Below are positions 25,126 through 40,000 of a DNA stretch of 64,000 nt, in pieces. Location of the stretch: the NCBI GenBank assembly GCA_964016885.1, contig OZ024742.1:18476001-18540000 (forward strand), read 5' to 3'. Numbering within the stretch: position 1 is the stretch's first letter; each line of letters begins with the position of its first letter. A program made the position numbers and the translations under genes. Source of the DNA: Eledone cirrhosa. Taxonomy: Eukaryota. The notes under the pieces were generated by a model. That model saw nothing but the letters and a program-made list of their open reading frames with translations. It was not told the DNA's origin and ran no database searches.

Positions 25126-25167
25126 GGAATAGAATGAAACGAAATTTCATTTCTCACTCTTAGTACG
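25030..25167. repeat. Near-perfect palindrome centred on (TA)n
   Basis: CGTACTAAGAGTGAGAAATGACATTTCGTTTCATTCTATTCCATT-(TA)n-AATGGAATAGAATGAAACGAAATTTCATTTCTCACTCTTAGTACG, with one mismatch. Confidence 0.95.
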
Positions 25168-25182
25168 GCAGTTACTTAAATG

Positions 25183-25579
25183 TAAGTATGTATATATGTA
25201 TACGTACATACATATATGTATACATACGTACAGTAGTATGTATATATATACATACATGCACACATATATATATGCACGTATCGGTTCACCGAACATTCAT
25301 TATAATGGCAGGAAGGTATACGATGCTGACGATAGCTAATAAGCTTGAAACTAGTACATCGTTCCTGTGTCAGTGTTGAACAAGAGGGTGACGTGGTTGC
25401 CTAAACATTGTACGGCGTAATTCGGGCTGTTTGTTTGTTTACAAACAAACCGAGCATTATAATAAATGTTCGGTAAACCGATACGTGCATATATATATGT
25501 GTGCATGTATGTATATATATATATACATACTACTGTACGTCTGTATACATACATGTATGTACGTATACATATATACATA

Positions 25580-25583
<4 letters not shown>
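25183..25583. repeat. Inverted repeat with ~125-bp arms and ~147-bp spacer
   Basis: Arms 25183-25307 and 25455-25583 (e.g. GCACGTATCGGTTCACCGAACATT / AATGTTCGGTAAACCGATACGTGC). The spacer holds a small dyad GTTTGTTTGT-TT-ACAAACAAAC. Confidence 0.9.
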
Positions 25584-25668
<85 letters not shown>

Positions 25669-25691
25669 ATATATATCACCTATTCTCTCTG

Positions 25692-25774
<83 letters not shown>

Positions 25775-25798
25775 TTCTCTCTCTCTATATATATATAT
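25582..25798. repeat. Compound (TA)n/(TC)n microsatellite
   Basis: Directly visible. Confidence 0.97.
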
Positions 25799-26148
25799 TG
25801 ACATTAAAAAAACTAGGTCAGTTGTTTCAAATTGTTCAAATATGAGGTAATCAAAATAATAAAAAAAACAAACCAAACCAGTAACATTATTCAAATTTAA
25901 TATGTTGAACTTTTAAAATTGGTGAGCAATAAAAATATATTTTAGATTCCGTACCGCAAACCAGAGTCGAAGTGAACAGAAAATTGCATTATTGTAAATG
26001 TTTCTTAAAAGCATTTTTACAATATTTTATAAAATCAATACCAACTCATTTAAACGACTGACTTGTATGTTGTGTTCAGATTTTAAAGTAGAGATTCTAC
26101 AAAAGTGATTTGTATTCCTCAGACACCAATGATTCATGTTTTAGGAGG

Positions 26149-26150
<2 letters not shown>

Positions 26151-26206
<56 letters not shown>
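26151..26206. repeat. (TA)n microsatellite
   Basis: Directly visible. Confidence 0.98.
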
Positions 26207-26207
<1 letters not shown>

Positions 26208-26272
26208 GTAGGTCCCGGGTTGAGTCGGGGATAACCACAGTAAGTAAGGTACTCAATACATGGCAGAGTAAA

Positions 26273-26375
26273 ATATATTTATTGTATAGAAGGAGCTCCT
26301 ACAGGACTAGTACTGTTTCATTCAGATGAAATCTGAATGAAACAGTACTAGTTCTGTAGAAGCTCCTTCTATACA

Positions 26376-26385
<10 letters not shown>
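26273..26385. repeat. Palindrome with 55-bp arms and 3-nt loop
   Basis: ATATATTTATTGTATAGAAGGAGCTCCTACAGGACTAGTACTGTTTCATTCAGAT-GAA-ATCTGAATGAAACAGTACTAGTTCTGTAGAAGCTCCTTCTATACAATAAATATAT, with two mismatches. Confidence 0.95.
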
Positions 26386-27395
<1,010 letters not shown>

Positions 27396-27448
27396 GTAAA
27401 AGATTAAAAGAACAAAGAATCAGTGTTGCATCATAACATATTTAATAA

Positions 27449-27541
27449 CATATTACATATGTTTCACTGTCAATCAGCTCGAGGAACGATCTATTATTAT
27501 TGATCGAGGCTGACTCTGGAATCGAAAGATTCTCAGATATG
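27449..27541 (-). ncRNA. Degenerate type I hammerhead-ribozyme-like motif (Penelope-like element type)
   Basis: Minus strand: GCATAT-CTGAGAA-[stem II with GTCAGC/GCTGAT and CGATC/GATCG]-GAAAC-ATAT-GTA-ATATGT. Stem I is GCATAT/ATATGT, stem III is the palindrome ACATATGT, and the cleavage triplet is GUA. The core deviates from CUGANGA at G8. Confidence 0.55.
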
Positions 27542-27973
27542 CCTCAACACACATACACACACACACACGCATATATATATATACACTCATATAATTATTT
27601 ATATATATATATTGTACTAACGATCTATGCAATCTTGACTAGTTAATTAATTATGTTAATTAGCTAGTATTGGTAATCATAGTGAAACCGCAGTATTGGC
27701 AATCATGCAGGTAAAATTATATTCTTTCCTTAAATATGTTTTTTACTAGGTATCTTCTTAATCTTAATGGTAACATACTAAGTATTGCACCTGAATAATA
27801 TTTTGTTTAAATAATACTCTGCTTTAGCCTGTATAAAGCTTGTTTGACCTGATTTATGGTAGAATATGATTGAAATATATTTTAATACACTTGCATATAT
27901 ATTTACTCTCAGCACAGTACCACCGTAACTTTGGAATACAACCTAAAGAAAACGGACCTCGTAACAGGATAGA

Positions 27974-28197
<224 letters not shown>

Positions 28198-28818
28198 TAA
28201 AATAACAGATTAAAGTTTAAGCAAAGAATCGCTGCTTTCACCCTTAACGGGATCTTCTGAAACTAACAAAGTCAATCTGTAAACGCAGAACTGGATATTT
28301 CAAAAAACGTTGCAACCGGAGGAAGACAGGAAGACGATACTTTGGTTCGTGGAAACGTTCGCTGGCTAAGAACGGGAAAAAACGAATATAATACGTCATT
28401 AATATATATATAGTGTGTGTGTGTGTATGTGCTTTTGTCTGTGTAAGTGTGTTTGTGTGTGTGTGTGTTTATGACCCTTAATGTAGCGGTTCGACAAAAG
28501 ACTTCGATAAAATACTTTGTATAATGTTAAAATATTGTCTAATAATGATGTTGACATGTATATTATATTCGCAACCAAATTATTATAAACACGAAAAGAG
28601 AATAGCCTTGCTAATAAATTGCTTGAATTATTTTAGGAAATCTCAATATTTCCATTCCATATCATAAGATTGATTTCGCTATCGAACATATTGCTGAACG
28701 GGAAAATACAGAGAATCGATAAAACAATAGGAAACTTCCTAATGTTCTCTGTCAAAATGGTTTTATTTTTGTAGAGTGAGTGAAAAATGTATCTAAAAAG
28801 GTTCCCATCTATCGTAAA

Positions 28819-28998
28819 GCTGGTATAGTGAAAAATACCTGTTGGTAATTAAACTTTATAAAGACGCCATATCTGTAGGTAAATAAACTGTTATAGTGAA
28901 ATATACCTGTAGGTAATTAACTGTAGGTTGTTAAGCTGTTATAGAGATGCCATACCTGTTGGTAAATAAACTGTTATAGCGATGCCAAACCTGTTGGC
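28819..28998 (+). repeat. Short degenerate ~33-bp minisatellite (about 5 copies)
   Basis: Recurring CTGTTATAG.GA....ATACCTGT(T/A)GGTAA(A/T)TAAA. Confidence 0.75.
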
Positions 28999-29149
28999 AA
29001 CGTTGATTTTGAATTTATTACTTATAGCTTTGTAAAGAGGGGTAAATTGTAATTAATCACAATTTTAAAATTTTAATCGGAATCGAATGGGCAAAACATA
29101 TTCATTGAATATAATATGATAATCGATATTGGGAGAAACGCTTACTGAT

Positions 29150-29770
29150 ATTGTACACGTTACATATATGGTATATGTAACATTGTGTATATAACATTGG
29201 GCTTCTAACATTGTATATGTTACATGGTATATGTTACATGGGATATGTAACATTGTGTATATGTAACATTGTGTATGTAACATTGTGTATGTAACATTGT
29301 GTATGTAACATACATTGTATATGTAACATTGTGTATGTAACATTGTATATGTTACATGGTATATGTGACATGGTATATGTAACATTGTGTATGTAACATT
29401 GTGTATGTAACATTGTGTATGTAACATACATTGTATATGTAACATTGTGTATGTAACATTGTATGTGTTACATGGTATATGTGACATGGTATATGTAACA
29501 TGGTGTATGTAACATACATTGTGTATGTAACATGGTGTATGTAACATACATTGTATATGTAACATTGTGTATGTAACATTGTGTATGTAACATACATTGT
29601 ATATGTAACATTGTGTATGTAACATACATTGTATATGTAATATACATTGTATATATAACATTGTGTATGTAACATTGTATATGTTACATGGTATATGTGA
29701 CATGGTATATGTAACATTATGTATGTAACATTATGTATGTAACATTGTGCATGTAACATACATTGCATAG
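29150..29770 (+). repeat. Irregular 14/18-bp subunit satellite block (GTAA/CATT variant)
   Basis: CATTGTGTATGTAA and CATACATTGTATATGTAA subunits in irregular order. Confidence 0.93.
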
Positions 29771-32700
29771 GTTACAATGTGTGTATTACATATATTGTAT
29801 GTTACAATGTGTATGTTACAAACATTGAATATGCTACAATGTGTATGTTACATACATTGTATATATTACAATGTGTATGTTACAAACATTGAATATGCTA
29901 CAATGTGTATGTTACATATATTGTATATGTTACAATGTGTGTGTTACATACATTGTATATGTTACAATGTGTATGTTACATATATTGTATATGTTACAAT
30001 GTGTATGTTACATATATTGTATGTTACAATGTGTATGTTACATATATTGTATATGTTACAATGTGTATGTTACATATATTGTATATGTTATAATGTGTAT
30101 GTTACATACATTGTATATGTTAAAATGTGTATGTTACATATATTGTATGTTACAATGTGTATGTTACATACATTGTATATATTACAATGTGTATGTTACA
30201 TATATTGTATATGTTACAATGTGTATGTTACATATATTGTATATGTTACAATGTGTATGTTACATACATTGTATACGTTACAATGTGTATGTTACATAAA
30301 TTGTATATGTTACAATGTGTATGTTACATAAATTGTATGTTACAATGTGTATGTTACATATATTGTATATGTTACAATGTGTATGTTACATACATTGTAT
30401 ATGTTACAATGTGTATGTTACATACATTGTATATGTTACAATGTGTATGTTACATATATTGTATATGTTACAATGTGTATGTTACATATATTGTATATGT
30501 TACAATGTGTATGTTACATATATTGTATATGTTACAATGTGTATGTTACATACATTGTATATGTTACAATGTGTATGTTACATAAATTGTATATGTTACA
30601 ATGTGTATGTTACATATATTGTATGTTACAATGTGTATGTTACATATATTGTATATGTTACAATGTGTATGTTACATACATTGTATATGTTACAATGTGT
30701 ATGTTACATACATTGTATATGTTACAATGTGTATGTTACATACATTGTATATGTTACAATGTGTATGTTACATACATTGTATATGTTAAAATGTGTATGT
30801 TAAATACATTGTATATGTTAAAATGTGTATGTTACATATATTGTATATGTTACAATGTGTATGTTACATACATTGTATATGTTAAAATGTGTATGTTACA
30901 TACATTGTATATGTTACAATGTGTATGTTACATACATTGTATATGTTACTATGTGTATGTTACATATATTGTATATGTTACAATGTGTATGTTACATACA
31001 TTGTATATGTTACAATGTGTATGTTACATACATTGTATATGTTACAATGTGTATGTTACATATATTGTATATGTTACAATGTGTATGTTACATATATTGT
31101 ATATGTTACAATGTGTATGTTACATATATTGTATATGTTACAATGTGTATGTTAAATACATTGTATATGTTACAATGTGTATGTTACATAAATTGTATAT
31201 GTTACAATGTGTATGTTACATATATTGTATGTTACAATGTGTATGTTACATATATTGTATATGTTACAATGTGTATGTTACATACATTGTATATGTTACA
31301 ATGTGTATGTTACATACATTGTATATGTTACAATGTGTATGTTACATACATTGTATATGTTACAATGTGTATGTTACATACATTGTATATGTTACAATGT
31401 GTATGTTACATACATTGTATATGTTAAAATGTGTATGTTACATATATTGTATATGTTACAATGTGTATGTTACATACATTGTATATGTTACATACATTGT
31501 ATATGTTACAATGTGTATGTTACATACATTGTATATGTTACAATGTGTATGTTACATACATTGTATATGTTACAATGTGTATGTTACATACATTGTATAT
31601 GTTAAAATGTGTATGTTACATATATTGTATATGTTAAAATGTGTGTGTTACATATATTGTATATGTTACAATGTGTATGTTACATACATTGTATATGTTA
31701 CAATGTGTATGTTACATATATTGTATATGTTACAATGTGTATGTTACATACATTGTATATGTTACAATGTGTATGTTACATACATTGTATATGTTACAAT
31801 GTGTATGTTACATATATTGTATGTTACAATGTGTATGTTACATATATTGTATATGTTACAATGTGTATGTTACATATATTGTATATGTTACAATGTGTAT
31901 GTTACATACATTGTATATGTTAAAATGTGTATGTTACATACATTGTATATGTTACAATGTGTATGTTACATATATTGTATATGTTACAATGTGTATGTTA
32001 CATATATTGTATATGTTACAATGTGTATGTTACATACATTGTATATGTTACAATGTGTATGTTACATATATTGTATATGCTAAAATGTGTATGTTACATA
32101 CATTGTATATGTTACATACATTGTATATGTTACAATGTGTATGTTACATACATTGTATATGTTAAAATGTGTATGTTACATACATTGTATATGTTACAAT
32201 GTGTATGTTACATACATTGTATATGTTAAAATGTGTATGTTACATATATTGTATATGTTACAATGTGTATGTTACATACATTGTATATGTTACAATGTGT
32301 ATGTTACATATATTGTATGTTACAATGTGTATGTTACATACATTGTATATGTTACAATGTGTATGTTACATATATTGTATATGTTACAATGTGTATGTTA
32401 CATATATTGTATATGTTACAATGTGTATGTTACATATATTGTATATGTTACAATGTGTATGTTACATATATTGTATATGTTACAATGTGTATGTTACATA
32501 CATTGTATATGTTACAATGTGTATGTTACATATATTGTATATGTTAAAATGTGTATGTTACATACATTGTATATGTTACAATGTGTATGTTACATACATT
32601 GTATATGTTAAAATGTGTATGTTACATACATTGTATATGTTACAATGTGTATCTTACATACATTGTATATGTTAAAATGTGTATGTTACATATATTGTAT

Positions 32701-34005
32701 ATGTTACAATGTGTATGTTACATACATTGTATATGTTACAATGTGTATGTTACATATATTGTATTTTACAATGTGTATGTTACATACATTGTATATGTTA
32801 CAATGTGTATGTTACATATATTGTATGTTACAATGTGTATGTTACATATATTGTATATGTTACAATGTGTATGTTACATATATTGTATATGTTACAATGT
32901 GTATGTTACATACATTGTATATGTTACAATGTGTATGTTACATATATTGTATATGTTACAATGTGTATGTTACATATATTGTATATGTTACAATGTGTAT
33001 GTTACATACATTGTATATGTTACAATGTGTATGTTACATATATTGTATATGTTAAAATGTGTATGTTACATACATTGTATATGTTACATACATTGTATAT
33101 GTTACAATGTGTATGTTACATACATTGTATATGTTAAAATGTGTATGTTACATACATTGTATATGTTACAATGTGTATGTTACATACATTGTATATGTTA
33201 AAATGTGTATGTTACATATATTGTATATGTTACAATGTGTATGTTACATACATTGTATATGTTACAATGTGTATGTTACATATATTGTATGTTACAATGT
33301 GTATGTTACATACATTGTATATGTTACAATGTGTATGTTACATATATTGTATATGTTACAATGTGTATGTTACATATATTGTATATGTTACAATGTGTAT
33401 GTTACATATATTGCATATGTTACAATGTGTATGTTACATACATTGTATATGCTACAATGTGTATGTTACATACATTGTATATGTTACAATGTGTATGTTA
33501 CATACATTGTATATGTTAAAATGTGTATGTTACATACATTGTATATGTTACAATGTGTATGTTACATATATTGTATATGTTACAATGTGTATGTTACATA
33601 TATTGTATATGTTACAATGTGTATGTTACATACATTGTATATGTTACAATGTGTATGTTACATATATTGTATATGTTAAAATGTGTATGTTACATACATT
33701 GTATATGTTACAATGTGTATGTTACATACATTGTATATGTTAAAATGTGTATGTTACATACATTGTATATGTTACAATGTGTATGTTACATACATTGTAT
33801 ATGTTAAAATGTGTATGTTACATATATTGTATATGTTACAATGTGTATGTTACATACATTGTATATGTTACAATGTGTATGTTACATACATTGTATATGT
33901 TACAATGTGTATGTTACATACATTGTATATGTTACAATGTGTATGTTACATACATTGTATATGTTACAATGTGTATGTTACATACATTGTATATGTTACA
34001 TACAT
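29771..34005 (+). repeat. 32-bp satellite (14+18 dimer, ~130 copies)
   Basis: GTTACAATGTGTAT+GTTACATA(C/T)ATTGTATAT, with occasional 30-bp units and lone 18-bp units. Confidence 0.99.
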
Positions 34006-34041
34006 ATCCATATTCCGATTATTTATTTACTGAATAATATT

Positions 34042-37000
34042 TCCTGATGTAAAACCTATCTACAAGAAACACTATACTATATCTGCCACTCCAGATGTAA
34101 TAACAATCTACAAGAAACTCTCTATACTATATCTGCCACTCCAGATGTTATACCTACCTACAAGAAACTCTATACTATATCTGCCTTCCAGGTGTAATAC
34201 ATCCCTACAAGAAACTCTATACTATATCTGACACTCCAGATGTTATGCCTACCCACAAGAAACTCTATAGTATATCTGCCACTCCAGATGTTATACCTAC
34301 CTACAAGAAACTGTATACTATATCTGCCACTCCAGATGTAAAACCTACCTACAAGAAACTCTATACTATATCTGCCACTCCAGATGTAATACCTACCTAC
34401 AAGAAACTGTATAATATATCTGCCATTCCAGATGTTATACCTACCTAAAAAAAAACTCTCTATACTATATCTGCCACTACAGATGTAATACCTATCTACA
34501 AGAAACTCTATACTATATCTACCATTCAAAATGAAATACCTACCTACAAGAAACTTTATACTATATCAGCCACTCCAGATGTAAAAGCTACCTACACGAA
34601 AATCCATACTATATCTGCCACTCCAGATGTAATATCTACCTACAAGAAACTCTATACTATATCTGCCACTCCAGATGTAAAAGCTATCTACAAGAAAATC
34701 TATACTGTATCTACCACTCCAGATGTTATACCAACCTACAAGAAACTCTATACTATATCAACCACTCCAGATGTAATACCTACCCACAAGAAACTCTATA
34801 CTATATCTATCACTCAAAATGTAATACTTACCTACAAGAAACTCTATTCTATATCTGCCATTCCACATGTAATACCTACCTACAAGAAACTTCATACTAT
34901 ATCAGCCATTCCAGATGTAATACCTCTCTACAAGAAACTCTGTAATATATCTGCCACTACAGATGTAATAACTATCTACAAGCAACTCTATACTGTATCT
35001 ACCACTCCAGATGTTATACCAACCTACGAAAAACTCTATACTATATCAACCACTCCAGATGTAATACTTACCTACAAGAAACACTATACTCTATCTCTCC
35101 ACTCCAGATGTAAAATCTACCAACAAGAAACTCTATACTATATCTGCCACTCCAGATGTAATACCTACCTAAAAGAAACTCTATACTATATCTGCAACAA
35201 GAAACTTTATACTATATCAGCCATTCCAGATGTAATGCCTATCTATAAGGAACTCTGTACTATATCTGCCACTACAGATGTAATACCTATCTACGAGAAA
35301 CTCTATACTATATCTACCACTCCAGATGTTATACGTACCTACAAGAAACTCTATACCATATCTACCATTCCAGATTTAATACCTAACTACAAAAAACTCT
35401 CTATACTATATCTGCCACTCCAGATGTTATACCAACCTACAAGAAACCCTATACTATATCTGCCATTCCAGATGTAATACCTACCTACAAGAAACTCTAT
35501 ATTCTATCTGCCACCCTTGATGTAATACCTACCTATAAGAAACTCTATACTATATCTGCAACTCCAGATGTAAAACCTACCTACAAGAAACTCTATACTA
35601 TATCTGCCACTCCAGATGTAAAACCGAACTAAAAGAAACTCTATACTATATCCGCCACTCCAGATGTAATACTACCTACAAGAAACTCTATACTATATCT
35701 GCCACTCCAGATGTAATACCTACCTACAAGAAACTTTATACTATATCTACCATTCCAGATGTTATACCTAACTACACAAAACTCTCTATACTATATCAGC
35801 CATTCCAGATGTAATACCTATCTACAAGAAACTCTGTACTATATCTGCCACTACAGATGTAATACCTCTCTACAAGAAACTCTATATTATATCTACCACT
35901 CCAGATGTTATACGTACCTACAAGAAACTCTATACTGTATCTGCCACTCCAGAAGTAATACCTATCTACAAGAAACTCTATACTATATCTGCCACTCCAG
36001 AGGTTATACCAACCTACAAGAAAATCTATACTATATCAACCACTCCAGATGTAATACCTACCCACAAGAAACTCTATACTATATCTATCACTCAAGATGT
36101 AATACTTACCTACAAGAAACTCTATTCTATATCTGCCATTCCACATGTAATACCTACCTACAAGAAACTTCATACTATATCAGCCATTCCAGATGTAATA
36201 CCTCTCTACAAGAAACTCTGTAATATATCTGCCACTACAGATGTAATAACTATCTACAAGCAACTCTATACTGTATCTACCACTCCAGATGTTATACCAA
36301 CCTACGAGAAACTCTATACTATATCAACCACTCCAGATGTAATACTTACCTACAAGAAACACTATACTCTATCTCTCCACTCCAGATGTAAAATCTACGT
36401 ACAAGAAACTCTATACTATATCTGCCACTCCAGATGTAATACCTACCTAAAAGAAACTCTATACTATATCTGCAACAAGAAACTTTATACTATATCAGCC
36501 ATTCCAGATGTAATGGCTATCTATAAGGAACTCTGTACTATATCTGCCACTACAGATGTAATACCTATCTACAAGAAACTCTATACTATATCTACCACTC
36601 CAGATGTTATACGTACCTACAAGAAACTCTATACCATATCTACCATTCCAGATTTAATACCTAACTACAAAAAACTCTCTATACTATATCTGCCACTCCA
36701 GATGTTATACCAACCTACAAGAAACCCTATACTATATCTGCCATTCCAGATGTAATACCTACCTACAAGAAACTCTATATTCTATCTGCCACCCTTGATG
36801 TAATACCTACCTATAAGAAACTCTATACTATATCTGCAACTCCAGATGTAAAACCTACCTACAAGAAACTCTATACTATATCTGCCACTCCAGATGTAAA
36901 ACCGAACTAAAAGAAACTCTATACTATATCCGCCACTCCAGATGTAATACTACCTACAAGAAACTCTATACTATATCTGCCACTCCAGATGTAATACCTA

Positions 37001-40000
37001 CCTACAAGAAACTTTATACTATATCTACCATTCCAGATGTTATACCTAACTACACAAAACTCTCTATACTATATCAACCATTCCAGATGTAATACCTATC
37101 TACAAGAAACTCTGTACTATATCTGCCACTACAGATGTAATACCTCTCTACAAGAAACTCTATATTATATCTACCACTCCAGATGTTATACGTACCTACA
37201 AGAAACTCTATACTGTATCTGCCACTCCAGAAGTAATACCTATCTACAAGAAACTCTATACTATATCTGCCACTCCAGAGGTTATACCAACCTACAAGAA
37301 AATCTATACTATATCAACCACTCCAGATGTAATACCTACCTACAAGAAACTCTATACTCTAACTGCCACTACAGATGTAATACCTACCTACAAGAAACTC
37401 TATTCAATATCTGCCGTTCCACATGTAATACCTACCCACAAGAAATTATATACTATATCTGCCACTCCAGATGTAATACCTACCCACAAGAAACCTTATA
37501 CTATATCTGCCATTCCAGATGTAATACCTACCTACAAGAAACTCTGTACTATATCTGCCACTAGAGATGTAATACCTATCTACGAGAAACTCTATACTAT
37601 ATCTAGCACTCCAGATGTTATACCTACCTACAAGAAACTCTCGATATTATATCTACCACTCCAGATGTTATACCTACCTACAAGAAACTCTCTACTATAT
37701 CTGCCACTCCAGATATTATACCTACCCACAAGAAACTCCATACTATATCTGCCTTCCAGATGTAATACCTACCTACAAGAAACTCTATACTATATTTGCC
37801 ACTCCAGATGTAATACCTTACTACAAGAAACTCTATACTATATCTGCCACTCCATATGTAAAACCTACCTACAAGAAACTCTATACTATATCTACCATTC
37901 CAAATGTAATACCTACCTACAAGAAATATTATACTATATCTGCCACTCCAGATGTAAAATCTACCTACACGAAAATCTATACTATATCTGCCACTCCAGA
38001 AGTAATACCTACCTACAAGAAACTCTATACTATATCTGCCACTCCTGATGTAAAACCTACCTACAAGAAACTCTGTACTTTATCTGCCACTCCAGATGTA
38101 ATAGCTACCTACAAGAAACTTTATACTCTATCTGCCATTCCAGATGTTATACCTACCTACAAAAAACTCTCTATACTATATCTGCCACTGCAGATGCAAT
38201 ACCTACCTACAAGAAACTTTATACTATATCAGCCATTCCAGATATAATACCTATCTACAAGAAACTCTGTACTATATCTGCCACTACAGATGTAACACCT
38301 ATCTACAAGAAACATTATACTGTATCTACCACTGCAGATGTTATACCAACCTACAAGAAACTCTATACTATATCAACCACTCCAGATGTAATACCTACCT
38401 ACAAGAAAATCTATACTATATCTGCCTCTCCAGATGTAATACCTACCTATAAGAAACTCTATACTATATCTATCACTCCAGATGTAAAACCTACCTGCAA
38501 GAAACACTATTCTATATCTGCCATTCCACATGTAATACCTACTCACAAGAAACTCTACACTATTTCTGCCACTCCAGATGTAATAACTAACTACAAGAAA
38601 CTTTATACTCTATCTGCGATTCCAGATGTGACACCTACCTACAAGAAACTTTATAATATATCTGCCATTCCAGATGTTATACCTACCTACAAGAAACTCT
38701 CTATACTATATCTAGCACTCCAGATGTAATACCTATCTACCAGAAACTCTATACTATATCTGCCACTCCAGATGTAATACCTACCTAAAAGAAACTCTAT
38801 ACTATATCTGCAACTCCAGATGTAAAACCTACCTAAAAGAAACTCTATACTTTATCTGCCACTCCAGATGTAAAACCTAACTACAAGAAACTCTATACTA
38901 TATCCGCTACTCCAGATGTAATACCAAACTACAAGAAACTCTATACTATATCAACCACTCCAGATGTAATACCTACCTACTAGAAACTCTATACTATATC
39001 TGCCACTCCAGATGTAATACCTACCTATAAGAAACTCTATACTATATCTATCACTCCAGATGTAATACATACCTACAAGAAACACTATTCTATATCTGCC
39101 ATTCCACATGTAATACCTACTCACAAGAAACTCTATACTATATCTGCCACTCCAGATGTAATACCTACCTACGAGAAACCTTATACTATATCTGCCATTC
39201 CAGATGTAATACCTACCTACAAGAAACTCTGTACTATATCTGCCACTACAGATGTAATACTTATCTGCAGGAAACTCTATACTATATCTACCACTCCAGA
39301 TGTTACACCTACCTACAAGAAACTCTCGATACTATATCTGCTACTCCAGATGTAATACCTACCTACAAGAAACTTTATACTATATCTTCCATTCCAGATG
39401 TAATACCTATCTACAAGAAACTCTATATTATATGTGCCACTCCAGATGTAAGACCTATCTGCAAGAAAATCTATACTATATCTACCACTCCAGATGTTAT
39501 ACCCACCTACAAGAAACTCTCGATAATATATCCGCCACTCCAGATGTAATACCTACCTACAAGAAAATTTATACTCTATCTGCCATTCCAGATGTAATAC
39601 CTATCTACAAGAAACTCTATATTATATGTGCCACTCCAGATGTAATACCTACCTACAAGAGACTATACTATATCTGCCACTCCAGATGTAATACCTACCT
39701 ACAAGAAACTTTATACTATATCTGCCATTCCAGATGTAATACCTACCTACAAGAAACTTTATACTATATCTGCCATTCCAGATGTTATACCTACCTACCT
39801 ACAAGAAACTCTCTATACTATATGTAGCACTCCAGATGTAATACCTATCTACCAGAAACTCTATACTATATCTGCCACTCCAGATGTAATACCTATCTAC
39901 CAGAAACTCTATACTATATCTGACACTCCAGATGTAATACCTACCTACAAGAAACTCTATACTATATCTGCCACTCTAGATGTTATACCTACTAACAAGA

